This document shows positions 1 to 13,690 of a DNA stretch of 64,000 nt, one piece after another. The DNA is taken from positions 248,001 to 312,000 of the forward strand of contig NW_026864538.1 of assembly GCF_026571515.1 (NCBI RefSeq), written 5' to 3'. Under the pieces are notes generated by a model, which had not been told where the DNA came from, did no database searches, and saw only the letters and a list, made by a program, of their open reading frames with translations. Each line of letters begins with the position of its first letter. Within the stretch, counting starts at the first letter, position 1. A program made the translations under genes and the position numbers. This stretch comes from Ruditapes philippinarum. Its lineage: Eukaryota.

Positions 1-387
1 AAGAATACATTCTTCAGAAAAGACTGGGAAAAATTGGATATTCCTTTTGATAGCAAGAAATTAGCCGATAAATTTCGGCTTGTAACATTACAAAGATTTC
101 AACACGAAGCAAAGATATTTCCAGGAAAGTCAAGATCCAAATATATCGCGAAAACTGCAGATATTGACTACATGTTGGTACATGAAGTTCCACGTTCTCG
201 TTGGGTGACTGTACCCACAGACGTTAGTTTATTACACCATTATCGAAATTGGGAGAACCCAAAGGACAAACTCAAGAGAGTTACTGACACAACTGTAATG
301 GAAAAGTTTAGAACATCACTTACAAAAAATGTTCAAAAAGTATGGATGGACCTTTCACACGTTAAGATGGATATACCAATAACTTAA
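1..387 (+). CDS. GT92/DUF23 glycosyltransferase copy A, 3' end of catalytic exon (5' part outside window)
   Basis: Frame 1 reads KNTFFRKDWEKLDIPF...RSKYIAKT...LVHEVP...LLHHYRNW...MDIPIT*. Near-identical to 24402-24788 of copy F. Confidence 0.9.
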   Translation, partial: KNTFFRKDWEKLDIPFDSKKLADKFRLVTLQRFQHEAKIFPGKSRSKYIAKTADIDYMLVHEVPRSRWVTVPTDVSLLHHYRNWENPKDKLKRVTDTTVMEKFRTSLTKNVQKVWMDLSHVKMDIPIT

Positions 388-2992
388 AATGATATAAATG
401 TTAAATCGAGCAAAATAACAGTTTTACAAGGGCATGCTATGACACAATAATTTCTGTTACATGTAAAATATAAGTATTTGTACGAATGAATGCATTCATA
501 GTTTAAAGGAATTCAACTGATCACTTCTAATCAACTAATATACAATCTTTTTATGTAGCTGATACGTTACGTCCTGTTTTCATTGATCAAAATTTAAGCT
601 TGTCTCTGTAGCATCAAGTATTATTTTCAACTCCACCCGTCTCCGCTTGAGCGGTGCCCTACTGCAACATTTTATTGTCATTGAATGACGCAGGCGGTAT
701 CTGGTACAGAGTATATTTTAACCTTTCAAAATAGCTATCATTACAGGTGATAAATGTCCCGCAGAAAAGTAATTTGACTCAGAATGTTCAAGAAGTTTTT
801 ATCTCAAAGAAAAATAAAGGCAGATAATTACTAAACAACATCAGTCCGAATTTTTCCTTTGTTCTTACTTACCCATTATACCCAGTACACTTCAATTAGC
901 ATTTGATAACTGTATTGATATATAGCAGTACAGTTATTTCATTGATTCATATAGTAAAAGAATCGACTGCTATATAGCGGTTGAGTTTTTTTTTCGCACC
1001 TTGTATGTATCAGCGTAGTTTTTTTTCACAGAGGCTTTATTTATTTATTTATCTATTTATTTATTTCTATTTCAAAAAAGAGAACATTATGCCATTGCAA
1101 TTAAACAGTTATAGTACATGAAACTCGTTAGTTACGAGGATATAACACTGGCTGGGTGACATCTCGAGATGTTTCTGCAAAAATTTGTCTCGGCCTTACG
1201 GTCTCGCCATTTCTTTAGTAGAAACATCCCTTGACTATTATTTATCAACGTATAGAATTTAAGTATGTAGTTTAAATACCTCACTTTTGAAAATGTCGGG
1301 AGTATTTATCAACTGATTTTAACCTTTTTCGTCGGAAACTGAAAATAAACTGGAAAAAAAACAGTAAAAGGAAACGAAAAATATTTCTGTTTTTCTTTGC
1401 TTTTTGAACTATAATGTCCATGTATTTTCGAAATTTTAGTTAATCAGCGATTGCTTGTATGATTTGATGTAACTGATAATTTTTTTCTGGTTGAGTTATT
1501 AAGACAGGAACTGCCAAAATAATGTTTTTGATTTCAAGTCTGTTTCTGGAAGAGGATTATACTGAGGAAACGATAGAAAACGACCTAAAACTCCAAATCC
1601 ATCCAAATCATAACCAAAGCTTGGCTTCCATTTTTTTTTTATATAATTATAATATACCTGCCTGTCTAAGCTGGACAAAAAATTTATTATCTTACATAGC
1701 GGCTAAAAACCGTCAATTTTAACGCCATTTTAAAAAGAAGCAAGTATTGCTTTAAGCGCAAAGATATGATGATGATGATAAAAATGTCAGTTTTCATGAT
1801 GTCTTTAAAAATTAATTATATTTACACTGACGTTTGAAGGAATCAACAGATGGTAATAATTGATGGTATACATTTGATACATTGTAAAATAGAGATCATT
1901 TTCGAATTCGGGTTCACACTACTAACTATTTACAGTGGTATGTCCCTTTTCATCTTCAGATTTTCGAGAAAAATAAGGTTTCAGATGATAACTTCTGAAT
2001 GAGTCGATGGCTTGTTATAATTATTAATATGCACTGATGTAATATCATAAAATACTCGTCAATTTTGGTTCGGACCCATAAATGTTTGCATATTGATGTC
2101 TCCTTTTTACCTGCAATTTTGCACAAAATAAGATTTTTAGATGATATTTCTTAAAGTAGTCAATTCATTGAAATTATTTTAGGTAGTTTATTGAAACATC
2201 ATAAAATACAGGTCAAGATCTGAATATCGATTAACGCCTAAATATTTTACAAAGTCATTGTTCATATTCAACTTCAGTTTAAAACAATGAACATAAACAC
2301 CTCTGACAAGTTAAAAGCACTTTTATGTACATGAATTTCATACTTTTAGAATCTAGCAGTTTTTCCAAAATGTCCTACGAAAGATACAAAATTTTGCTCA
2401 ATTTTACGTATTTTTCCGAAAGAAAATAAATCTTGTCAGAATATTAAAATAAATAGACCGAATAAATAAACATGTATAAACCGTGGACCTTGTTTCGCCT
2501 GTGTGATTATTATTCATCACCGGATCTTTAAATAGGGATTAGATTTAGGGCATTTAAAAACGAAAATGTGTCAATAAACGTTTTATCTTATCTTTATTTC
2601 ACCGTTTTGTAATTTCTCGTATATTACTTCCAGGAAATTACATTGGGAACTGGTATCCTATTTCATCGCACATAATCATTTGGCATTACATTCAGTATAT
2701 ACATAATACACACCTAGTTTCTTTCTTTACATTAGAGTTTTTACAAACATGCCGCGACCGGTCAGCAAAATCAATTTATAGCTTGTAGTAATAATATTAT
2801 TTCATTACAACTGTCCATTATTCAAACTTACCCTCAATTTAAAATCAATATGTTTTGTCACCAATATCGAGTTTCTTTTTCTTTTTATTTTTGAAAAAAT
2901 AATCCCGTAAAATCTCGCTTGATCATTGAAACATATAATTGGCACTACAGTTTACAATAACTTTTGCTATAACACGGAAGGAGAAATAAAAC

Positions 2993-4692
2993 ATGAAGGG
3001 GAAAGTTAAATATCTAATCGTTGTTCTTGTTGTGTTGCAAGGAATTTTATTATTTATCTATGTAATGTTTTATCAGAGTAGTGGTTATTCCGCCAGTGTT
3101 TCTGATGTGCATACGCCTGTCGGGAAAACAGACGTTGTTTCTAATCGTGATCAAATTAAACAATTGATACAACCAAAACTGAAATCAAAACAAGCAGGTA
3201 AAAGGAAAGATGTAGGCGTTCAAGTTCTGAATAAAACAATGTTTGTTGATGAACGCAACGACGAATGTAATGGAACCAAATTTCAGTATGAACAAGTTGA
3301 TGAGATATCCTGGTTCCCTGTAGACAAAGGGAACAGTCTGTTTGTTTTCACAGTCTATTACATTAAGGCAAGAAGAAAAGTGTTTTTATAGGCACAAAAC
3401 ATAAATCAACACCAAGGTGTGTATGTCAATTCTGGTACCCATATGGAAGTAAAGGAAATATGCGCATGACTGAACATCCGGCGCTTTCCAAAATGCGATC
3501 GGAGGGCAAAGGTAAACTGTAAGTTATCATGTAAATTAATTATTCGTTCATACCATATTTCAGTTAAAATGTCGACCATAAGTTATATATGATATTAAAC
3601 CCACACGGCTAGCGAACCTTAGATTACTAGTTTGACGCGTTATGAGTAACCACTTGGCCATGCCGCCACCACGTGGGATTCTCAGTCAATGACTTTAAGT
3701 TAAAAAATGCCACTGTCCGAAACATTTAGCCTCAAGTCTGTTTAAATGTAAAATTTCTCGTCAGAGAGGAATCAGTGTTAACAGTAATCAGATGCATAAT
3801 GATTTCCAATGTCATGTTTTACATATCAATAAGTTTCTCTTGATTTGATTCATGCCTGTAAATAAATAATGAATGTTGCTATATATGCACATTTTCGTCC
3901 TTTGCAGATATTTAGCGACAGTGTTTGAGTGTTTTCTTGGAGCAGATCAAATACCGTCTTACATCTCGCTTGTAATGAGATCATGCGAGACTCCACTAAA
4001 CATTCTTGCCGTGAAAAATGTATCAAAACCTATCAAATATAAAACGCGTTTTTCAGTATGCCTGTCTTCGCTGTATTTTAACTACAGCCGGGCGTATGAA
4101 CTTGTGGAGTGGATTGAACTGAATAGAATACTCGGTGCCGAAAAAATCACTATTGATAACATTTCGACTGCAATCAATGTCGATAAAGTGCTTGAATATT
4201 ATTCAAAACGAGGCTTGGTGGAAATTGTGCAATGGAGATTACCAATGAGAGTAAGTAAATGTCCCGGTGACCAATCGGACATTCATTACTTCGGACAAAC
4301 AGCTGCTTTAAATGACTGCCTATTTCGAACTAAGCGTGACTCGGAATATTTAGTAAACGTGGACTTAGATGAGTTCATTATTCCCCATGGTGAAAACCTG
4401 TTTAACTGAACACAAACAATAAAACCATATGAAGACATTTACAATGTTTTTATGTTTAAAAGTACATATTTTAGAAAAGAATGGAAAAGTATTAAAAATG
4501 ACTTTCCTGAACAAGATCAAGCGGAAAAGTATCAGCTGGTAACGCTTAAAGTAATATAGCGAGAAGGTAGGATATTTCCTGCAAAACGCCGAACCAAATA
4601 TATTGCACGGACAGCTTCAGTTGATGTAATACAGATTCACGAAGTTCCGGGTTCACATACGGCAATTATTCCTCCCTCTGTTGCTCTTTTAC
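2993..4692 (+). pseudogene. GT92 copy B pseudogene (exon 1 2993-3518, intron 3519-3907, exon 2 3908-~4692)
   Basis: Basic tail plus TM helix (MKGKVKYLIVVLVVLQGILLFIYV). -1 frameshift near 3378, after which the frame continues SVFIGTK...CVCQFWY...SEGKGK to a GTAAGT donor. Exon 2 has RAYELVEWIELNRILGA, IHYFGQTAALNDC and NVDLDEFIIP, then TGA at 4407-4409 (Trp in paralogues) and TAG at 4557-4559. Homology stops just before the HHYR motif. Confidence 0.88.
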
Positions 4693-4992
4693 TGAATATC
4701 TGCACACTTGCTGGTCCTGTCGTCGTGCCCTTATTAGCGGGGTCGTTTCTTGCAGAGTCTTTCTTTACAACGTTCTTCGTTCAGTGGTGGTCAACAAACG
4801 ACAATACCGCCAAAACATCATCTAACAAAAACTGCCCTTGTTGACGCCGACTTCCCGGTTACAAACGATAATTCAACCAATCATCCCTGATATTTGTGAT
4901 GATTTGACCTTGACCTGGGAATGTTTGTTACTTTCATTTACACGACCTCCCCAAGTTCCTACGTAGTTGTCTCCCTTTTCTTTGCTGCAACA
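4693..4992. mobile_element. 300-bp TG...CA insert truncating copy B, possible solo LTR
   Basis: Paralogue homology ends at ...GCTCTTTTAC|TGAATATC, and the GC-richer block ends ...GCTGCAACA. No matching TSD is visible. Confidence 0.35.
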
Positions 4993-5962
4993 GACCACTG
5001 CCATTAGAAGTGTTTTATAAAAATTTTGACAAAATTTAATAAAAAATAATTATTTTGATAGGGATATATTTTCTTGTTTATAATTGAATGATAACTAACG
5101 GCAACTAGAGTGTTTAAATTGAACAGACAAAAAATATATTATGGATGCGTTCGGTCCTATACATAACAGGTTGTTAGTAAAGCGAAAGTAGAATGTTTGC
5201 AGCAATCCACAAAGCAACGAAACGTTCTCAGTGTTACATAAAAATCGAAACTGTTTCGCCCGCGTGACATGTTGGGTATGGCGAAAGTCTACTAATAGTC
5301 TTCTTTTGGCGTAGCCTCCATTTTGAAGTAACGTGCCTCTCTTTACAGTCATGTGACATTTGTTAAGCGTAAATGGTCCCATACCGTTTTTGGATTATAG
5401 CCGAAATGGGCTCTGACTTGATAATAAGTCAAAGATGACCCTCTGAAAAAAGTTTGTGATATGGTTGAGTGTACAACTGCCTTCATGTCTATAAGTGCAA
5501 GCTCAAAATCAATTCCGTGGTTCAGAGCGTTGTTACTTCGCAAGTTCGAATCCCAGTCAATACTGTATTTTTATATGCTGCATTTGTACCTGTTACGAGC
5601 AGTTATGTACAAGGTCAGTGTAAGCTAAAGGTAATTGAACATTTATCAAATGCTGATTGCCCACATGCTTAAACTAGACATATAAAGTTACTATTTTGTT
5701 TAAAAAGTTGGATGATTATCAATAGGTCAAATAACTAAATGATAACAATTCTTTGTTTACTTTCATACTGATATTTACGATAAGTTAGATAGTTGGTTAC
5801 TAAAAATAAACTAAATTATTATCAATATGAGATATGTAAATGTTGATGTGCTTCTCTTGTACAGGACTTATATACGGATATGTTTACGCTATAATATGAA
5901 AATATGTTGATTGCTTTCAACGCTTGAATTTTAATTTAAAGAAGTCAATAAGTTATGAAGAG

Positions 5963-7709
5963 ATGAAAGACAGTGAGGCACACAATATGTCTAGTAAAAT
6001 ACGGACTAATTTGATATGGATATTAATCGTGAACATTGCTTTGGTTATTCTCTACATGTCTGTTTCTAACAAAATACATCCTTCCGATTTTGAGAAATCT
6101 TTACATCACGAAACATACAACAATAAAGGTATTATACATGAAAGCAACCAGACGGTAAACAGACGAATAAAACCCGAAACTTATCCAGATAAGGTTGTTA
6201 GCGGTGATTGTACCGGACTACTTTTTCCTGCGCATTTATCACCGGAAGTAACATGGCGTCCAGTAAACACAGAAAACTCGGCTTATGTATTCTCTATGTA
6301 TCATTTAAAGGAGAAAAGTAAACTGGTTATCATCGGAGCTAAAGTGAAAGATTATGCAACTTATTATTGTCAGATGTGGTACAGTTTGACTACAAACCGT
6401 ACTTATCACATGGTCCAAAACCCAGCTAGAGCGGCTGCTTTGCCAGAAGGCCACGGGAAAAGGTGCTTTTGACTTTTTTAACAAAAATTTTCTTTTCATC
6501 ATGCTTATATTGAAAATATTTTTAAACGTTTATATAACTTTATTGATCATATATATACGTGTGGCCTCATTTCAAAATGTATTGAACTAGTTTGAATAAT
6601 TCAGTGCTGAACCTACACTCATTCAATATCCTCTTTTTAACAATTATTTGGTATTAAAACAGACTGATTCTTATGTGTTTTTGAAAGATGTCTTACAGAA
6701 AAGTAGATTCATGTATGTAATTAATATCTTTTATATAAAATCTACATGCTTTTTTCAGGTATTCTGCATCAATATTCGAATGTCAGCTGCAATCATCTAA
6801 TCTACCAGACTATGTTTCCGTGGTCAATGAAAGTTGTGGAATTCCACTTCATATTCTAAATGTTGTCTCAACAGAAAAGAAAGTTGCTCAAAAAAGACTG
6901 TTCACAGTATGCCTGGCCCCTTTTAATTTTAATTACGATGATGATTCACAACTTATTGAATGGATAGAACTGAACAGAATTCTCGGAGCGAAAAAATTTA
7001 TAATATACGACTTTTCATCTTCCGTTAGCGTCAAGCGCGTGCTTGAATTCTACTCAAAACGAGGCTTAACGGAAGTGGTGCCGTGGCAGCTACCAATGGC
7101 GGTTGATACCTATCCAGCACAAAACATTTCGGCCGATATTCATTATTTTGGCCAGCTCGCTTCATTAAATGACTGCTTATACAGAAACAAAAACATCTCA
7201 GAATTTATTGTTAATTTAGATCTTGATGAATTTATAATCCCGCAGTCGGAGGAAATATTTACTTGGTTAGATATGTTAAAACAATTATACCAACAAGAGA
7301 GACATGCATTTTCAGCATATCTATTTAGAAACACATTCTTCTGCTTGGAATGGAATAATTCACTTATATCCACATTAAACACATCTTTTATAAAACATTA
7401 CAACTTGATTACGCTTCAAAAACTTGAACATGATAAAAATATTTTTCCAGCAAGAATAAGGTCGAAGTATTTTGCACGAACTTCTCGTGTATCAAATATA
7501 ATGATACATGATATTCTTATGATACCGTATAAACAGCATTTTGTCGTTCCTCCAACTATAGGACTTCTACATTATTACAGAAATTGTGAAGATTTATTCG
7601 TTTCTTCGAATGAAAGAAAACTCGTCACAACAGTAATGGATAGTACGGAAAAACTTTAATTCATAATGTTTTAGGTATTTGGAACGAGTTGGGGGAAAGT
7701 AATAAATAG
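5963..7709 (+). CDS. GT92 copy C (exon 1 5963/5987-6462, intron 6463-6758, exon 2 6759-7659; ancestral stop at 7707-7709 after a -1 frameshift)
   Basis: TM helix LIWILIVNIALVILYMSV; LPEGHGK-R|YSASIFEC across a phase-2 GT/AG intron; LIEWIELNRILGA, IHYFGQLASLNDC, NLDLDEFIIP, RSKYF, LLHYYRN. After GATAGTAC (~7642) the shifted frame gives YGKTLIHNVLGIWNELGESNK*, matching the C-terminal helix of the paralogues. Confidence 0.85.
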
Positions 7710-10520
7710 CAAATAATGATTATCTTCCACAGTAAAGAGTTGTCATAGAAATTATGAAATCAAGCAATGAGTGGTTAAGTATATTCAATGTTTTTATAAA
7801 CTGTTGAATACACTGAATTCGTTTGTGGCAGTATAGGTGTAGTCATGTTTGCAAGGATGGCTCGTTGCATGGTATTATTATGAAATCTTTCAATAGTAAC
7901 AATTTGTTGGTAAAATATACTTAACTTGTGAATGGTTGGCAAAAGATATGATGGCTGATAAATGCAAATCATAGTAATTCTGTATTAATGATTACAAAAT
8001 TATTTTACATGAAACAGCTAAATATTGTATATTATTAGAAAGATCTGTAAACTCATATTTTACACATTAAAAAATAAATTTTCAAAACATTTTCCATTTT
8101 CCATAGTAAAGGGTTGAACTTGGCCCTTTCCGTCAAACTTCGGACAAGAACATCAAAAATAAATTCAATAGTTTTTTGAACATCACAAAATAAATTTATG
8201 CTAAAGAGGTACATTTATTAATTATATAAATAGTGATAATATATTTTGTCGATTTTCGTCGCGCAGGTTTTCAAAACGGTAAGACGGTAGGGGGAAATCC
8301 CGGGATCCGCGACACCTAGGATCCGGGATCGTATTAAATGCATAGAGAAAACTAATAAACTACATTTGTGTTGATATTAAATTTTGTCGCAATGAAAGGC
8401 AATTAAACGTTAACTTTTTATATATCGTATGTAACGACGCGTATGTTTATTTCAATTAAAGACTTAAATATATTCTGAGCTATTTATTAACAAACATGAA
8501 ATGCGGGAATCACAATACTTGAACGAGTACTTTTATTGAATACACTGAATTTGTTTATAGCATTATACACGTGTAGAAAAATAAAAGTTTTTGTTAACAC
8601 ACAATATTTGCCTAAGTTTATGTTCATGTATATAATTGTTATTATTAGAATTTTGTAGTCAGTATAAAATTACACTAGAATTGCATTGTTTCATAAAATC
8701 ATTAAACATTGCAAAAAATCTGGAAAGAAAGTGATCCCAAGGAAGCATTAATCACAATAAAATTATAAGAGAATTGCAGACTCGGTTTGAATGAGTCTGT
8801 ACATGAGTTTGTTAATTCTTTACTTTTATTGTTTTCTTTGTTTATCTGAACTTAGTGTTATCACTTGCTTATTTCATAATGTTCACAGTTTTTTGACAAT
8901 ATTGCTTATTTTAAATATGATGTTTTATTGTGAATAAACAGTAACTAAAAATAGTGCTCCTCTTTTCTTTATACATGAACCATTAAATCATATATTTGTC
9001 CTACATTTATGATAATATAACCATTTTACTATCCGGCGACCTGACGCTTTAGCACCAAAATATCTACTTGTTTTCATTGTTTTCAGAAATAAACTCAATG
9101 CCAGCTTCTGTCGTTACGTTCTTCGTTTAAGAAATTCATTATTAACCGTTGAAAGATAACTATGGTACCTGGTCTATGTCTTTATGTATAATAAATTGTT
9201 TTGATTTTATGTACCGAATTTTAACATTACTGTAAAACATAAGTTTTTCGTATCTCACGTTAACAATATATTTATTTACATGTATATGTATAAACAAAAT
9301 GGTAAACTATGTACAAATCTATGTGTGAATAAATTATCTGTTCTGCTCTGTTTTGTTCTTGCAACAAAGTCCAGCGAAAAATGTTTTGGCAACTTTCCCC
9401 ATTTCTGTTTCGTTTCTCTAGCTGCAAGATATTGTAGGAAATGTGTTCTTTGAACCTTGCATTCTCTTCCCCCCTTGATTGCTTTATCCTCTCAAAATCA
9501 TCATCATAAAATAAGTCAATACTTAAAACTACTTGGGAAATGTCCTAATGAAAGAACTAAAACAGGTAAATTACTTGCTTGCGACGGTAATTACTTGCGA
9601 AACACGGGTATCAGATATTGACATCTGTTTGTATACTGATTGGTACAGTTACATATGAAACTGAAAGATAAATCTAGCAAACCTTAATTAAAGATGAAAA
9701 CAATTAATCTTCTATTCACGATGATGAAAGAAATGATCTATTGACTTTACAGAGAATAATTGTCTACATAATCGACCTGCAAAGATGCTTGAAACATTTA
9801 CAAGGAAAAGAAAAGTAAAAAGAGTAGTCAGCTCAACATATGTACGTGTCTACGTGCCAATGTTAATATTTGATTTTTTAGAACAAACTTAAATAAGTTT
9901 ATTTTTCATAATGTAAGCGTATAATTATCGGTAACTGCCTTTGTATAATCCTAATAAAATCCGGAAACACATAGATACCTATGATACAGGTTCGACCTCA
10001 AACCGGAAATGGCGTACATGTATCACTTAGTAAAATATTGAAAGTTCATGATAACGATATTTTGCAGTGTTTCTCGGAATAAAATTTGCATTTACTACAT
10101 ATCAGGATGAACTTAAGAAAATTCTGGCTGTAACCTATTGTTATATTTTGTAGGAATAAGTACTTTCAGACGTTCAGAAGATCAAGGAAACAAAATTTGC
10201 ATATCTCATTGTACCGGCTAAGTCCTCTGTCTAAGATGTCTATAATTATTCCACCGGACTACGGTCAAACTGCATGTGTTTATGTGTTTTATAAGCAAGT
10301 ATTTAGTTGTTAAACTTTTATTTTTAGATACAAAAAAACAACAACAATATACATGTACTAACAGTCTAGGGATCAAATCATTCATATATAATATATTTTA
10401 TATACATTCTGGAAGCATATACATGGATCATTCTCTAATAATTATTATCATAAAACTTAAACGAGATGCGTTTATGAACGTCATTTTCACTATCCCTCCA
10501 TTTAAAGTAAAAGCAATTCA

Positions 10521-12998
10521 CTAGTTAACTGCATCCATCTTTACATCTTTCAATATTGACCAAATTTTAGCCACCCTTTCGATCAGGGTTTTACTGTATT
10601 TGCGCGGTATTGTGTCATCAAACACTTTTATCTCAGGAAGAGACATTTCATTCTCCCAGTCTCTATAGTGATGAAGAAGGCCAACTTCAACAGGTACAGA
10701 ATGAGCTTTTTTCTTCGTCGGCAAAAACTGAACACCGTGAATCATAACCTGTCTAACATCAAATGTTCGAGCAAAGTATTTTGATCTTCGTTTACATGGA
10801 ATATATGTTCTTCGTGGTTTAACTTTTGTAGCGTTATAAGCCTGTATTTATCAACTAATTCCTTACTTGACAGATACATATTTTCCCATTCTTTCCTATA
10901 AAATGTGCTACGAAAAATGTAAGCACCTGGTTCCTTTGGAAGTTGTTTAATCATATCACCCCATTCACTAACATTGTCGTCATGGGGAACAATAAACTCA
11001 TCTAGATCTATGTTGACTAAAAATTCGGATTCAGCTTTGTTTCTATATAGGCAATCATGAAGTGCAACTATCTGACCGAAGTAATGAATTTCTGGAAGCT
11101 TTGTTCCGTTTTTAGTGTCAGTATTCATTGGTAACCTCCATTGAACAATGTCTACTAAATGTATACCCCTGTAGTAGTCCAGAACGTTTGCTATATTATC
11201 TGATATAGAATGGTTATAAATTATAAATTTCTCGGCGCCCATTATTCTGTTCAATTCGATCCACTCAACTAACTCATAAACACGACCGTAATGGTGTTTA
11301 GTGGGGTTAGACAAACAGTAAAGCGACGTGGGTACTGCTCTGGTTGCACTGTGCCACGTACCTTCAGTATATTAGCTGGTTTTGAACAAGGTGCCCTTAC
11401 CACGGATACATGTGATGGTAGGATATTGTGTGATGACAGTTTACACTCGAAGAAAACGGCTGAATACCTGAATTATCAAATACGGTTCATTATATTTCAG
11501 CTCCATATCATAAATAACTAATGGGTGAATGTTTTTGTTTATAATGATTTTTTCATGGTAACGATTGTATGTAAGTTGTTATATATTAGACTATTTTCAG
11601 CTATTTGGTAATCAAATAAATCACATAAATAATTGACAGAGTGTCTCGTAAGACAGATTTTTAATCATGAATCTAGACAATTAAGTTAACTTGACGTCGT
11701 CTGCTTTATCATAATCAGACGCCAGTTCCGAGTCAAACGAGATCAATACAAATGCTTTTGAAATACCTAAGTAATCTATTTAGGGAAAATTGAACAAAAC
11801 ATATAGGGAAATAATTTCATTGCCTTTATACTGAGTTACATACCTACTGAAATGCAATAATCTTATGTGTGCATCATGGTAGTGTATTTTATTTATGCTG
11901 TAATTAAGGATGTAACAACACTTAAGTGAAATCTTATATACATGTATGTATATAATTATTCTTCTTAAACAATTTCCAAACATCCAAGACTATGTTAAAT
12001 ATGTGTTGCAAATGTTACTGCACATTGTAAGTAAAATGTAATCATTAAAATATATGCATTCATTTCATATTGAAAAATTTGGCTTAGACTTTATCAAAAA
12101 TAAATTTCAATTAACTCCCTTTATTTACATGGAGTGTAAATTTGGTAATATCTTTACAAATTATGGTTTTGGAACTTACAATATTGATAAATCTTCATTT
12201 GAGCATCATGTTTATGATATAAAACCATAAAAAAAATTGATTTACATGATTTTTAACTGAAATGAAATACTAAAAGTAATATAATCTAAACTGTACAAGA
12301 GAACCTAAAACGGGATATAAATATCAAACCGGTTCTCTAAAGATCATATAAAGACAAGTTAGAACTATAAAATACTTGACATACCATAGATCATGACCTT
12401 CTGGGAGCTTTTTAACGCTTGCATCAACTTGTTCCGCAGTATGTTTCCCATTGTTGTCATGCCAAAGGAGACAGAAGTATCCCAAGTGATGCTGTGACCT
12501 AGCCCCGATAATGATGATAGTTTTAGTTTTCTCCACATAATACGAGGAAAACACAAACGCTGTATTACTGTCAACGGTCTGCCAATCATCATTTTCTTCT
12601 ACACGAGCATCAAATTCAACATCGAGACATTTTCTTCCGAGAGACATCATTTTCCTTTTTCGTGTTTGACTTGTGTTATGAGCAATTTTTTCCACCTTTT
12701 GCCTCGTTGTAACTGTAGTTTGTAGTAGTTTAGTAAATATCCTACCTGGATTGTCACGGTCAGTTGCTCCATTCTTATCATTATGCTTGCCTTTCCTATA
12801 TTCAGTGTGTAGAGTTGTGTTATCTATCGTCTTATTTGTCGCCTGTCTCCGTACGTACGTGAATATATGCACATCTTTTTTTCTTGTTGATAAAGTGTTT
12901 AATCCTGTAAAATTCTGGTAAAATATCACATGAAGTGTTATCAGGAAAACTTGTACTAAAATAACACAAATGCATACTCTTCTAATTTTAAATCTCAT
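10521..12998 (-). pseudogene. GT92 copy D with two -1 frameshifts (exon 1 12998-12385, intron 12384-11468, exon 2 11467-10521); pseudogene or assembly errors
   Basis: MRFKIRR plus TM helix; LPEGHDL-W|YSAVFFEC splice. Exon 2 reads FTVCLTPLN, shifts near 11295 to YGRVYELVEWIE...IHYFGQ...NIDLDEFIVP, then shifts near 10799 to CKRRSKYFART...LLHHYRDW...MDAVN*. No in-frame stops otherwise. Confidence 0.8.
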
Positions 12999-13434
12999 AA
13001 GAGTGTTTGATATTACTGTTTTGTTTCATGAATTCCTTCAAAATGTAGCACTACGAGTATTATTATCCTTATACAAACAATGCATTATTTGTTTTAATAC
13101 GCATGGTACAAAATAAAAGAACAATAGTTCAATTCAATTATAGTAATTTTATCACATTATAACAGTTGAAGATACATGTAGTTAAACACACATTTAAAGA
13201 ATAACATTAATTGACATATACCCTTAATTGACATTCGTGACGCTTTTTTTTAATAGGTTAACACGTAATAATATTTCGTTTAAACATAATATATTTCGTA
13301 AAAATGTAATGATATTTCGTAAAAACGAAGTAACATTTCGTCAAAAAAAGGCAATTTTACTACGTTAATCCTTATTCTGACATAGTACCTGCGAAAGCTC
13401 TGCTTCAAAAGTGTCCTCGTGCCTCTGCAGATGT

Positions 13435-13690
13435 TAATAGATAGAGCGTTGGACTGTAAAACGGGGGACCCGGGTTCGATTCAAGGGCGGTGAAAGTTAC
13501 TTTCGTTGTGATTGATCATGAACTCCTTTCTACAGTAATTCGCACTTTACGTCTACTCTGGCTTGTACAGAAGTTATCAGTTCCTTGCAAAAGTGAAGCC
13601 AAGTAGTATTGCTAAACTGCTTGACAGCCTGTCCAGAAACGATTTGATGACTGAAGTGGGCACTAGCGCATTCAAAGTGGCTAACTTTTG
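13435..13690 (+). mobile_element. tRNA-derived SINE
   Basis: tRNA-like head (ATAGAGCGTTGGACTGTAAA...GGGTTCGATTC, B-box) followed by the core GATTGATCATGAA...TTCTACAGTAATTC, which I recall as typical of mollusc SINEs. Confidence 0.6.

Noticed and set aside
4407-4409. In-frame TGA in copy B as selenocysteine or readthrough
   Set aside because: It aligns to Trp (TGG to TGA), and the gene also has a TAG, a frameshift and a truncation.
9955-10030. Promoter-like ACCGGAAATGGCG motif between converging genes C and D
   Set aside because: No convincing exon chain could be linked to it; the motif alone is insufficient.
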